Of a stretch of DNA of 64,000 bases, positions 49,140 through 61,639 are shown one piece after another. Below the pieces are notes generated by a model. That model was not told where the DNA came from and searched no databases. It was given only the letters and a program-made list of their open reading frames with translations. Position 1 is the first letter of the stretch; the number at the start of each line of letters is the position of its first letter. A program made the translations under genes and the position numbers. Origin of the DNA: Oopsacas minuta (lineage: Eukaryota > Animalia > Porifera); contig JAKMXF010000343.1 in the NCBI GenBank assembly GCA_024704765.1, positions 911,095 through 975,094 of the forward strand. The letters run 5' to 3'.

Positions 49140-50170
49140 TACTAATTAAACTTCTACATAAAATGTCCGAAATACTCCCCCTCTACATCTATGCATATGT
49201 ATAGCCTTTCAACCCATTTCGAAAATATTTTTAATACTCGTCTCTGTCCGCTGAATTGAGCTAGTGGTAAATCCCGTTATTAACTCTTGCCGGGTATGAA
49301 ATAACCATCCTCCGAGATGTTTTTCAGTTCAGGGAATAGCCAGAAATCACAAGGTGATAGATCTGGGGAATACGGTGGATATTCATCGTTTCAAACCCGA
49401 TATCTTCAATGAGTAACCTAAATAATTTGAAACATGAGGCCTGGGATTATCATGGGAAGTTTGATTCCTCGAGTGCCTGTACACGGACGTCGTGTTTTAT
49501 AGACTCTCGAGTTCTCTTAGGAATTCATCTGCGTAAAATTCTCAATTTAATCGTTCTCCTATAGGCAAAGGTATTTGAGCCACTGGCCCATACGCGTCAA
49601 AAAATATGCTGCAGAGAACCCTATCGTCTCGGAACTCGGGAGGTGCCTTCCCGGGGGATAAGAACCTTTGGGAGCCCAATTTACTTTGTTACTTACGCAG
49701 ATGTTCTGAAAATATAATCCAAGTTTCGTCACCAGTAACGATTTCATATAATCTGCAAGAATTAAATCTCTATATTCTTCAAGCAATTTTTGCGCATGAA
49801 ACCCTCTTCTCCTTTTGCCTTTTTGTGAGAATTTTTCGCATCCATCGCCCTGAAATCTTTCGATATTCGAGATAATCATATATAATTGTTTGAACACTTC
49901 CCAATGAGATGTCCAGATTAGGGCAATCTCGTCAACGCTCAAATGGGAGTCAATATCCAATACTTCCGATACAACTATAGAATTGCACCCCTCGAACTTT
50001 TCATCCGAAATGTAAAACGCACTTATCCTAGCCTGATCGTACTCGCTGAATGATGAAGATTCTACTTTAGAACGTCCAAATTGGTGCACAATTGAAAAGG
50101 TTAGAGCTAAATTACACTACTAAGCCAAAGTCTATGGGCGAAATTGTATTAGTCACCAAATCAATTTATA
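49140..50170 (-). mobile_element. Decayed mariner
   Basis: YEIVTGDETWII and PPYSPDLSPCDFWLFPELK motifs; ORF 49559-50089. Confidence 0.85.
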
Positions 50171-50570
50171 CTGATTCTAGTTACTATCTATAGCCATAGC
50201 AATGTGCCTACTAACATCATTGCATAGTGACTTACATTATTGAGAATCCTGAACAGGAATGCAAACTACAAAATACCAAGTAATCATAATTATTACCCCT
50301 GCTTCAGAACAATGCTGTCAATTTCTAAACGTAAGAGTGCAAAATGAAGCTGACTAGTTCATGATTAGCATTGTTATTCTAATAACTACGTTATATAATG
50401 TTGTTTGCAACACTGCAACAACTTGCAGCCTGTTAAGAGGCCTATGAGAGGGTGGGGCAGTCGGGGTCAAATTCGACAGGTGACACTATGTTCGTACATT
50501 GTGAGAATGTAGTTATCACAATGTTGTGTTAGAAATAAAGCATTTGCTCGTATAATTATGGTGAGAGCAT
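49972..50570. repeat. 599-bp segment duplicated in inverted orientation at 54338-54469 plus 60326-60792; contains the empty Ginger target GGCC (50439-50442)
   Basis: Reverse-complement comparison by eye; one mismatch noticed (TTGCACC vs TTCCACC). The lengths add up (132+467=599). Confidence 0.95.
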
Positions 50571-50959
50571 CCGCACTTGTAATCATCCTATCATCTTGCT
50601 GTTATTTAACACTCACTAATGTATGTTACCATTGCAAAAGGGTATTGTTTGCAAGTATTGTGAGTGTATCTTTGATAATTATCAGGAAATTATTCTATTG
50701 TTCAAACATAGGTTATAGAAATAACAAGAAAATTTCGGGATCCTAAGATTGCATACCAGGATTGTGATTTGAGAAATAATCCCCGGTGTACAACAATCCC
50801 TGGATCCCGGGATTGTAACCTCTAATTGTAATATTGAAATATTGAGTTTGAATAATTACACATATAATCTAAACTTAGCACTACTTATTGTTATCACTTA
50901 ACTATAATTTGAACACAAATTAGCTAAACAAAAGGATAAGCATTTCTTATTGATTATAC

Positions 50960-51850
50960 ACTACTTATGTTCATCACACCATCAATCACTCTCACAATTT
51001 TGTGGATCCTCACACAGGAGTGCATACTCAAGGGATAGAAAGTTCTTGGGGAAGCGTGAAGAAAAGATTGAGAAAGGGGCAAACAACGAATCCTGATCTT
51101 TTGGAAACACATCTTATTGAATCATGTTGGAGAAGAAGGAATAAAGAGAATATATTTAACAACATTGTGTTGTAGGATGGCATATGAAGCCCATTCATCA
51201 GACTGTATCGTAGTTCCAGGTAGAATATATTGTTGGATTATTGGAAGCAGAGTTGTAGTAGTACGGTCAGGCACAACTACCATGACAGCTTTATTAGTAC
51301 CCGTTTCAAATATGCCAAATACCCATTGACCAGTTAGAGGTCTCCCACGATTGTATTTCCGCTTTCCAAATTTGGACTCGTTTATCTCGACAATCGTACC
51401 ATGTCCTCCGATCGGTTCGGAGTTAACAATGAGATATTCAATACAGACATCTCTCATGAAGTTCTTCCAATCTACAACTGTGTTTGGACTCCAGTCTAAC
51501 TGTTTCTCCAAGAACATGTGCACTTGTATATCTTCCGCCCAGTAATACAAAAACTTGAGCATTTTAGGAAGGGGTATATTAGAAGCCTCAAAAAATGAAC
51601 CGTGTCGAATGGAACAAGTCTTCTTACAACCTGCAACAGGACATTTCCAGATATAGCCTGGATGCCGAGGATATGGTCATTCACGCATCAACTCCCCACA
51701 AGTACAGCGCATTATACTAGCCAACAGGCCATACTTCCTCAACCAAGTTAGTGTTGCGTCATCAAGTTGTGCCGTCAGAATTACTTCATCAATTTTCAAT
51801 TTTGCTGAGACATCAGAAACCACATACAGTAACAGTTATGCGTTCATTTC
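50960..51850 (-). pseudogene. Merlin (ISXO2/IS1595-like) transposase remnant
   Basis: TVVDWKNFMRDVC, VEINESKFGKRKYNRGR..GQWVFG, ILPGTTIQSDEWASY, plus an upstream CxxC zinc ribbon. The first catalytic D appears as N. Confidence 0.88.
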
Positions 51851-52060
51851 TCAATTACTTTGCATTTTGCCTTTCGTAAATATATATTGAGTATCATAAC
51901 CTTAGCAACAATACAAGATGTTTGGAATTGGTTAAATATTTATTTGTATATAATACCACAACAACGATAATGCAGTTTAACGGTTACTGATTTGCATACC
52001 TATAACCTGTTAGAAATTTTAGGTTAATGGAAAGCCATATTGATATCTTTGAGTATGTTA

Positions 52061-53395
52061 CAGGGGCATTCAATATATATTAATCACTGTATATTTTTAA
52101 TGAAATAGCAGTTCTAAGCTAGTATTTCTCAGTGCAATTATATAGAACCATATTTCAACTTTCTAACAAAACTTAGAGAGAGTTGATCACTTAATTATTT
52201 CCTAAGTTTCAGTTATTTTTAGAAACCTACATTTTCTCCTTTACATTTTTCATGGCTTCTTGTCCAAATTTTTCGGAACTTGAACAACGAACGTACATCA
52301 AATTTCGCACCATTCTCGAAATCCCTCCAAAGTCTATTCATGACAAGTTGGCAACGATATGTGGAGAAGATACTTTATCGTATTCAACTATCAGAAGGTG
52401 GTGAGCCTATTTAGGGAAGGTAGGACCTCTGTCCAAGACGCCCCTCGTCCTGGAGCACCAAAACTGGCGACCAACAATGACAAATTGAGTGAAGTAAAGG
52501 AATATGTCGAGTCTTTTCCGCATTCTTCGGTTGAGGAGGTAGCTAACTATGTTGGCATTTCAACGGGAAGTGCACACACAATTCTGAAGGCGGATTTAGA
52601 ACTGAGGAAGGTTCAAGTGCGATGGGTACCACATTGCTTAACTTTTTCACAAAAGGCCGCGAGACTCCAAATGGCTGAGGAAAACCTTGAAATTTATGAA
52701 GGAAGTAACCCTAGGCCGTTATTAGAGATAGAAACAGGAGATGAAACATGGATACAATTTAAACCACCGATCAGAAAGCAAGATGGCAGGGTATAGCTAA
52801 AGAAGGGAGAGGTACCCCCAGCTGTTTGTGTATCCGACTTCCGTACCCCGAAGGTCTTGTACTGGATATTTTTCGATGGCCTAGGTCCTGTAGCCCAAAT
52901 CCCTGTTCCCAAAGGTCAGACACTCACAGGACAATTTTACACAGATGTGGTGTTGCCTGAGGTCGAAAAATATTATCTTAAGCGTCGTCCAAAGACTGGA
53001 ACTCGTGGTCTCAAAATTTTGCACGATAATGCTAAACCGCATAAATCTTTGGCTGTAAGGCAAAAAATTAAAGATATGGGTATGCACGAAGTTCCACATC
53101 CACCTTACTCCCCTGATATAGCCCCATGTGACTTCTGGCTGTTTAGAAAACTCAAAGATAACCTCACCGGACGCGAATTTGAGGATCGGCTCAGCCTCGG
53201 TCGGGCAATTTACAGATACCTTGAAGTAACTCCCAAGGATGAGTACAGAAAGACATTTGAAAATTGGATTAAAAGGCTAAATTCAGTTGTAGCGTATAAA
53301 GGAGACTACTTTGAACATTCATAGCAAAAATTACCAACTTTACACAAGTATCTATAGTTTTAGATGGTATGATTAGTATTTATTGAATGCCCCTG
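52061..53395 (+). mobile_element. Full-length mariner (DD34D), nearly intact
   Basis: TIRs CAGGGGCATTCAATA / TATTGAATGCCCCTG; TA TSD. ATG at 52252, frameshift ~52392, stop at 52794; ETGDETW, then HDNA...YSPDIAPCD with 34-residue spacing. Confidence 0.95.
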
Positions 53396-53457
53396 TAGTT
53401 AAGATATTTTTAGTGTGCAATTAGGAATGTGTCCAATTTGGAAACAGAAATAATGCT

Positions 53458-53564
53458 TACAGTACAAACCGCCTTAATCTAACAATTTATTGGTAACCGA
53501 AAAGGGTGTAGAAAAATCCAATAGTTAGAACAACCCGGTGTTAGAAACCCCGTGTTTGACTGTA
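53458..53564. mobile_element. Tigger/pogo-like MITE
   Basis: TACAGTACAAAC ... GTTTGACTGTA termini. Confidence 0.45.
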
Positions 53565-54650
53565 TCTAGAAGTTGTACAAATATTGTTTTTGTGATAATT
53601 ATCACAACAAAGCAAGAAGGGAAAAGTATTTCGATATTGTTGAGGAGATTAGTCGAGGAATCAGAACGCTATTACTTCAGTGCAATACAAAATATGCGCC
53701 ATTCCAAACTTCCGTAATTAATTCAAGCTGAACGGACCTGTTTCTATTTACCATTGTCTGAACATTCATAGATTTTGCTAATCCAAAAAAGGATATTAAA
53801 TTAAATGCCTTCTCAACCCCTAAGTTTCAAAGATTTCTAATTTAAAGGTTGGTGTCAAATCATTTAAAGCATTGGATGAGAGTCACAATATAAATTTCTT
53901 AATACATATAGATTCCAAAGTGACCTCAAAATAAGATGAAAATTAAAAGCCATGTACGTTCGTTTGCTCGCTTTCTATAACAGATCAATTCTATATTTAT
54001 TTGAATAGTATATTTGGTCAGCTATTATCAATACTATACATAATTATTAAAGTTATGCAGTGATAATTTAATTGAAAGTGATAGCTATTAGAGATACGTC
54101 TAATAAATAACATAAAAACACAAGAGACAAATACAATATCTCTCTCACATACTAGTTAACTGTTCCGTTTTTGGCCGAGGTGCCGATTTTTCGGACATAT
54201 GTTGGGAGTTATGTCCCGCCAAGACGTCCCAAAGGGAGAATTGTCCCGCTTTTCAGTGCATAGGACTAATATTAATATGTTATGTTCCGCTAAAATACTA
54301 CTTATTTCCCGTTGTTTTCTTGCAGAAGTTAACATGTATGCTCTCACCATAATTATACGAGCAAATGCTTTATTTCTAACACAACATTGTGATAACTACA
54401 TTCTCACAATGTACGAACATAGTGTCACCTGTCGAATTTGACCCCGACTGCCCCACCCTCTCATAGGCCTGTTGCGTAGGATTTTGACCCGCAAGTAGCA
54501 ATTGCAAATCAAGTAATATCAACATTTCATCCCTAGTCACATAGTATTCGTATTTATACATGTGTGACTTCCAGAATGCACACACTAACATTTTACTTTA
54601 TTTCTAGTTTTCAACTTCAACACTTATATTTACTTTTGACATTTTTCATT

Positions 54651-57600
54651 ATGGATGCGACAGAGTATGAAGCAATACGTGGATACCTCCAGACGAATAT
54701 TATCCCACCAGAAATCAAGAGTGATCGCTACAGAAAGAAGAATTTTGTCAGAAAGTGCAAGGGGATTTACTTTCAAGAGAATAAGCTAATGAAGGTATAT
54801 TCTTCAATGATATTTTTGATTTATACTTATTTCCGGGACATAATTAGAAATCTTGAGGCAACTACATATCTGCGAGGAGGCAGATATGTAGTTGCCTCAT
54901 TAAATTTGCGTACCATAGGGAGATGAGAAGGGTGAAAACGCTAGGGGGACTCCTCTGCCCCTCAATGCTACCTACAACCTCTGAGTTTAACTAAAATAAT
55001 TTCTTGTAGATTTTCAGAAAGAAAAATGGCTGTGTGAAATATTTGGAGATTCCACTAGTCTCAGAAATTGACAACATTATCGGATTCTATCACAATGTCA
55101 CTCATCCTGGAATCAATACTACCATTGATGGAATCCGAAATAAATATGATTGGAATGGCATATACAATGATGTTGGATCCTATGTGAGTTACTAAATTAC
55201 GTATTTCTTTCATACATGATTTTCCAAGAAAATGTGGCTGAGAACACAGACTTACCAACCCTCCAGGGATACCTGGATTACAAATTTTGAAAATCCAGGG
55301 AAATTTGCAAAAGGGGTTGTTAAGTCTGAGAACAGCATGTATTTTATAGTTTGAGGTTATTCACCTTGTAATTATTCTACTGTATACAGCTTTATTTGTG
55401 CTATTGTAAAATTAATATTGTGCGATCTGATGATATTTAGTATACCGGTATACAATTTTATCATATGGAAATCTATTTGTGCGGTACAACCAACCAACCA
55501 TGTATCTAACAACTAATGACCCTTGCGGTAGTTAGTAATTGGGATAGGTAGTGGGAGTATTTCACATAAACATATTTGCCAACCTGAGTGAAGAAAAAGC
55601 GGGACGGAATGCTAATTTAGCGGGACATCTGGAACGTAGCAAATTACATTAGACTGGACTACAAACTGACAATTAAATCATTTCCCGTTCTAGATCCGAA
55701 CTTGCCATGACTGTCAAACCTCTGCTGCTCTACCTCCTCAGCCACAACCAGAGCTTCAACCTATTCCTCCTCCTGAAGAACCATGGTGTCATTGTGGAAT
55801 TGATCTCATATGCAATATGTCTCGCACTGTACTTGGATTTCAGCACATTCTTGTCATCGTGTGCTACCTGAGTAAATTTGTAATTGCCCGACCACTCAAG
55901 ACTAAAACTTCTAAAGAAATATTGGATTGTTTACAGGAAATTTATCTCTCGTTCGGTGTACCTAACATCCTCCAACATGATCAGGGAACAGAATTCTCAA
56001 GCAAGGTAACTCATATTTTTACATACTCGAGATTAGTAATTGTAAATACACCAAGTAAATTATTCCCGATACACAATACAACCTACTATATTGGATATAC
56101 GTACGTAACATGTTGCATTGTCAATTGTCAGCGCATTGCTTCAATATATACCCTGGTAGGAAATTGTGCGTCCTGATGGCTATATTTAAGAAACCGTGTG
56201 GAAAATTGGATTTTAATTTATGTTGAATACTAATAAATAAGAATTTACGAATTGATGCAACTACCTTCGGATGGAAAATTTACCTTATTAATCGTTATAT
56301 CTTTCTAACTATTGCTGTACAAGACTAAATACATGCGCGTAGTAGATTATTATCGTTCTCTTATTTACTTTCAAGATAGGAATTTCAAGAATTTCACAAG
56401 AAGATAAATGTCAACACCAGAAGAACCACAGCATACCACCCACAAAGTAATGGACTTGTTGAGTCACACAACAAAATATTGAAAACGTGAGTATTGATGC
56501 TAATCATAAATATATATCTATTCAAAGCCTTACATATGTTTAATACACGTCGTTTATAATTAGATAGCTTTGAATTAATTTAACACTTTTACAAATAGAA
56601 AAATCAACAAGATGCAATCTGATGGGGACACTGAATGGACAGAGAAAGTACAGACAGCAGTACTAGCAGCAAATACTCAAACCAAAATCTCTACAAGCTA
56701 CACACCCTTTTATCTCATGTTTTTGGAGAGACTTTGATTCATCTAACCTTCTCAATCTTATCACTTCTCCAACTAACCCCGGATTACTAACCGAAGCTGA
56801 TATCTCAGAAGCAGAAGTATCAGAAGATGAGAATATTCAAATGGATGCAAACGAACCACGCCCATTTGACTTTCCTATAATTGATAACGAATGGATAGAA
56901 AATCTTTCTTCCACACGTAAAGCTGACAGAATGAATGCTATTGAAAACATCAAGGCAGGTCAGAAAGTTCAAAAGAAAACATATGACAGCAAAGTTAAAC
57001 ACAACAGGTAAGAAATAACGAAACACATTCTTGTGTGATGTAACATGTTGGAATTTCATGCATCATCTCTTACTAAAATTAAATTAAATTCACTGACTGT
57101 TGTATAATCCGATAAATATGAAATAGTCTTGAATCGGAACTAATTTATTGTTTCCTCAATTATATGAATTCTTAAATTCCAAAACACTTACTTTTAGTTA
57201 TATAATTAGCATCATTACAAACTGTACGTAATTGGCACATTATTTTCTTTGTATAATCATTGTGTAAACTTTAGATCAGAATTTGTGGAAGGAGATGAGG
57301 TACTTGTACATAATATAAAGAAAGCCAAGCGACTCCCAGGAACAAAAGATGCAAAGAAATATTTGGGACCATATACGATAGAGGAAGTTAAACCAAGCCA
57401 CCTAGTTGCTCGCAAAGACCCAGATAGCAAAACAACAAAATTACCTATCCATCTATCAAGAAAATATCATTCTCGCATGAACGAAAAACGGCAGGTTCGA
57501 ACGAAGACAGGCAAATCAAAGAAGCCCAAAAGATCTTGCAAATTCACTTCTAGCGGTAAATATATTAGCGAGACAATATTGTACTGAACTATAACTAATT

Positions 57601-58961
57601 GACTCACCCCATGATTAAGTACATATAAACTAGTTGTGTTTTGTATTGATTCGATTAATACGTAATAGCAATCCTACATTTCACATATTTATTTGTATTT
57701 AGATTCTTTGGATGATACATTGAACCTGGATACCATGGAAGAAACATTTGAAACACCGCAACAACACTCAATCTATGAGAATATCGATTCTGAGCTACTT
57801 CAATTGAAACCTCGAATACTATCAGCTCTTGTCAATAACACATACTTAACCCAACTACATAAGAAACTCGCTACAAAAGCTGCATCTCTAACTTCATTGA
57901 ATTTACTATATTCTTACCATCCACCCAACGAACTAAATTTTGAGATTAAGGAGAAACTTGCTGTATCAGCCGGTAATTGGTACGCAGAATATCGTTCCTC
58001 CTATCCTACTGAAATACCTGAAGAGACACGAAGAGATCTTGACTATCCAATTGCTGTTCTATTACCAGTAATAATTGAGTTAATATTCCCAACTGAGCAA
58101 GTTCATGAGATCATTGAAATACCAGAACAATCTATACAAAATGCATCAGATCTTATCCCATATCCTAAATGGGGAGGAGAGTATAACAACATCGTGCAAT
58201 CTAACACCTGTTCTATCGACAATATATTGGCTATTCTTAGTTCGAATAAAGCAACCATCATAGACTCACTGAAGTTAATCGGAAGTACACACATTGAAGC
58301 TAAATTCCACTACATATTCCAATTGGCTGCTAATTGTGAATTTGAGAAACTTCGAGAATATGTTGCTACTAAAATTGGGCTTGAAGTTATTTATGATTCC
58401 TCAGGATTGATACGGTCTTATGATTTCTTTGGATCAGAGGGTAACATCATCAAATATTTACGAACAGAAGATTTGTGTAACGACAAATATTTCGCTATCT
58501 TCCAATGCCACCAATGCACCAATATCTTTGAGACACAATCCATGATTAGTAATATAGGAGGCGTTATTACAAACCTGGAATCATCTGTTAATCGAAGTCT
58601 CGTTCCTATTAAATGCAAGTCTTGTGGATCAACTACTGTTGTCTTAGAGAGGATATCTGGTCAATTCAAGTCAATACCTGTCATGCTAACAATTGAAATC
58701 GGACATCTACCCGAATTGCCAGACATTTTTGTAAGTGATACTGACAGACACTTTACCATCAGTCACAACCAACGGACACTTCACTACCAACTTGCTGGCT
58801 TTAGCATATTGAGCAATAGACACTTCTATTCAATCCTTTACCAAAACGGGCAATTCTATAAATATGACGGAATGAGAGAACCAATTATCCAACTTTGGGA
58901 CTGTGACACTTTCATCGGATCACTCAATACTGTATTCTACCTCTTGTACTCTTCTGACTAA
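54651..58961 (+). CDS. 7-exon Ginger integrase-protease fusion gene, 894 aa after removing one extra T
   Basis: Exons 54651-54794, 55010-55183, 55694-56005, 56380-56486, 56599-57007, 57275-57555, 57703-58961; all introns GT-AG with matching phases (0,0,0,2,2,1). YPYY-like N-terminus, H2C2 finger (YHNVTHPG..CHDC), GIDL / HDQG / GLVE with DD35E spacing, and a GPY motif. Single +1 in the T-run at 56720-56724. Confidence 0.88.
58164..58961 (+). other. USP/peptidase C19-like papain-fold domain at the transposase C-terminus
   Basis: SNTCSIDNILAIL (Cys 58209), CHQC (58506) and CKSC (58614) zinc ribbon, IPVMLTIEI, YQLAGF...NRHFYSIL (His 58821), QFYKYDG (Asp 58866), LNTVFY. Same order as the USP boxes. 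Confidence 0.7.
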
Positions 58962-60137
58962 TTCTTAGCGATTCACGACTCTTTTCCATCATTCGAAAGC
59001 GCTCAAAGGCAAGGTACATCGAACCTTGTGGGGACCTCTGCCCGAGGTTATTCAGGCAACACAATCCCTATCATGGTGAGCCCAGATAATGGAAACGCGA
59101 CCTGCAACAGCACATCCCCAGTGGCGAATATCATCACTCTACCATCTAAGTATATTGCGAGAAAGGCAGCGCAACTGACGAGTCTACGCCGAGACGAAAT
59201 ACAGCATGGAATCAGATACAAGCGAGTTTCTTATCTATTTTTTATTTTTTAATGTCTCCTTGTCTATGGCCGTTCGGGGTTCGTTAGCTCCTCGTGTGTC
59301 TGTTAAATTACGATTTATTGTACGTATTCGTTTATGTTGCAGCTTAGAGTCAAATTTGGTGTGATCGCAATCACATTAAACTCGCTCCAACACTGCACAC
59401 ATAAACAAGGTGAGGTTAACGTTAAACGTTTAGCGTTAGGGGGTGGCTGTAAGGGGAAGGAGGAGGCCACCGCAGCTGACTTGTTTTGTTATAGAAATCT
59501 AGTGTTTTCCAGGAGTATGCAGCGTGCCAGAGGCTCGCAGTTTTCACCTCAACTCTATATGTGTATCAGCATTATACCAAGACTCCCTTAACAAATGCAT
59601 AGTCTACGCTTGTCCACTAGATGAACATATTTCAGTGGTTATTCCTTAAAGCTTGTCAGGAAGTATAGAAAAATGGGCAAAGATGAAATCGCCTACAATT
59701 CGTACTTAAGATATTCCGAATATTCATTATCATGCTAATGCTTGTAATATTTTTGTTATTTGATAGAATATATTGCAATATATAGATTGACATGTTAAAT
59801 TATATTATTTATTATGAGTTATTAAATACAATTATCAAATACCTACCACCTTCTGTACAAGTAATATTATTATAAAATATTTATATACACCTGTCTATAT
59901 TTGGCATTTTGGATAATTATACATATTGTAAATTTGTTATATGTAGTGGGAACATAGTTTACATGTTATCAAACAAATTCACTACTTTCTAGAATCCAAC
60001 TCTAAATTGACTTGTTTATTCAGTTATGTATACGTATGGCAAGTCTAAAGTTGAATTACATTATGTACATTTAGTGATAATTACGTAATGAAAGTGTATG
60101 GAAATCGAAAAAGTCAAATGACAGAGAAGTAAGATTA

Positions 60138-60321
60138 CTTTAGGGTCAAAATCATACGACAATAATACATTATATGCGGGTCAAAATCCTACGGCTGTAA
60201 TTAGTGTAATACATTTTGATGCGGGTCAAAATCCTACGCATTTATTACATCGTAGGATTTTGACCCGCACCATGGATATGCTATTTGGATTTTGTATTGC
60301 GGGTCAAAATCCTACGCAACA
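60138..60321. repeat. Ginger right-end subterminal repeats (GGGTCAAAATC(C/A)TACG, 5 copies, one inverted)
   Basis: Copies at ~60142, 60177, 60222, inverted at 60251-60269, and terminal at 60299-60321. Confidence 0.9.
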
Positions 60322-61639
60322 GGCCTCTTAACAGGCTGCAAGTTGTTGCAGTGTTGCAAACAACATTATATAACGTAGTTATTAGAATAACAATGCTAAT
60401 CATGAACTAGTCAGCTTCATTTTGCACTCTTACGTTTAGAAATTGACAGCATTGTTCTGAAGCAGGGGTAATAATTATGATTACTTGGTATTTTGTAGTT
60501 TGCATTCCTGTTCAGGATTCTCAATAATGTAAGTCACTATGCAATGATGTTAGTAGGCACATTGCTATGGCTATAGATAGTAACTAGAATCAGTATAAAT
60601 TGATTTGGTGACTAATACAATTTCGCCCATAGACTTTGGCTTAGTAGTGTAATTTAGCTCTAACCTTTTCAATTGTGCACCAATTTGGACGTTCTAAAGT
60701 AGAATCTTCATCATTCAGCGAGTACGATCAGGCTAGGATAAGTGCGTTTTACATTTCGGATGAAAAGTTCGAGGGGTGGAATTCTATAGTTGCACCAAAA
60801 CATTGCCGATATATCCAATTCTACTACAGATCAAAATCTAAAACTTTATTCCGCATGTTGGCCCCCATTCTATAGGTTGTACAACTTTCGCAAACAGTCC
60901 TCCCAGCTTCGATGGTATTGTTTCAATTCATTTTGCTAATCCGAAAGTATTACTTTGCAAAATACACATCCAGGAAATTGTTAAATGTACAACTTCAATC
61001 CAGTTTCAACAAATAAATACGTACGTATGATAATGTGAATTTTCAAAGATATCCCAGGCTTCTTGCGACCACCTTTCCTAGCCAGAATGTTAGACCACGA
61101 GTTCCTGTTTTTCCGGTCCATCCAAAATGAAGCGCGGTCGAGCTAATCTAATCAGTCTTGATTCATAAAGCTAGGGCGCTCCAGGTACCGCACCTTTAAT
61201 TTGCTGGCATTCACCGGCAAGCAAGGTAATCTGTAGTAAAGTATATTTTTATATGACTGTTCTTTTTACTATTCGAAGGAAATTTCACAATTGGGTATTA
61301 CAAAAGGGTAAATCAGGCAAAAAGGGTTAAGCCTCACTACTGTATAGGTAATAATCAAAATCTCTAACCTTATACATTCTTTACTTAATAATTTCTAAGC
61401 ACAGTTGAAACAAGTTTATCTGCGCCGACTAATCCTATGACATAGTATAATTGCTCAGCTCTAAAATGGTTGACTTAGTATATACTGTATTCATGTTTTC
61501 GCCCTCCAGTTCAAATCTTAAGAGATCAAGAAATTAAATTTGGAATATACACTCATAATGACATCTAGTTGTACACCTGATATTCGAAAATTTTCTAATG
61601 TGCATATTTTCACACCTTTTGATACCTCTGGATTTAGGG

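Larger units (their letters stand above)
54470..60321 (+). mobile_element. Complete Ginger-type DNA transposon (5852 bp)
   Basis: Perfect 25-bp TIRs TGTTGCGTAGGATTTTGACCCGCAA; 4-bp TSD GGCC (54466-54469, 60322-60325); gypsy-like integrase gene with introns. Boundaries confirmed by the empty-site paralog at 50439. Confidence 0.95.

Noticed and set aside
48340-49140. RAG2-like gene convergent with the RAG1-like relic
   Set aside because: No kelch or PHD motifs are recognisable, and the candidate TIR precedes this region.
49972-60792. A giant foldback transposon with 599-bp TIRs
   Set aside because: No TSD at the outer ends, and the left copy is contiguous with a mariner remnant; better explained as an inverted duplication.
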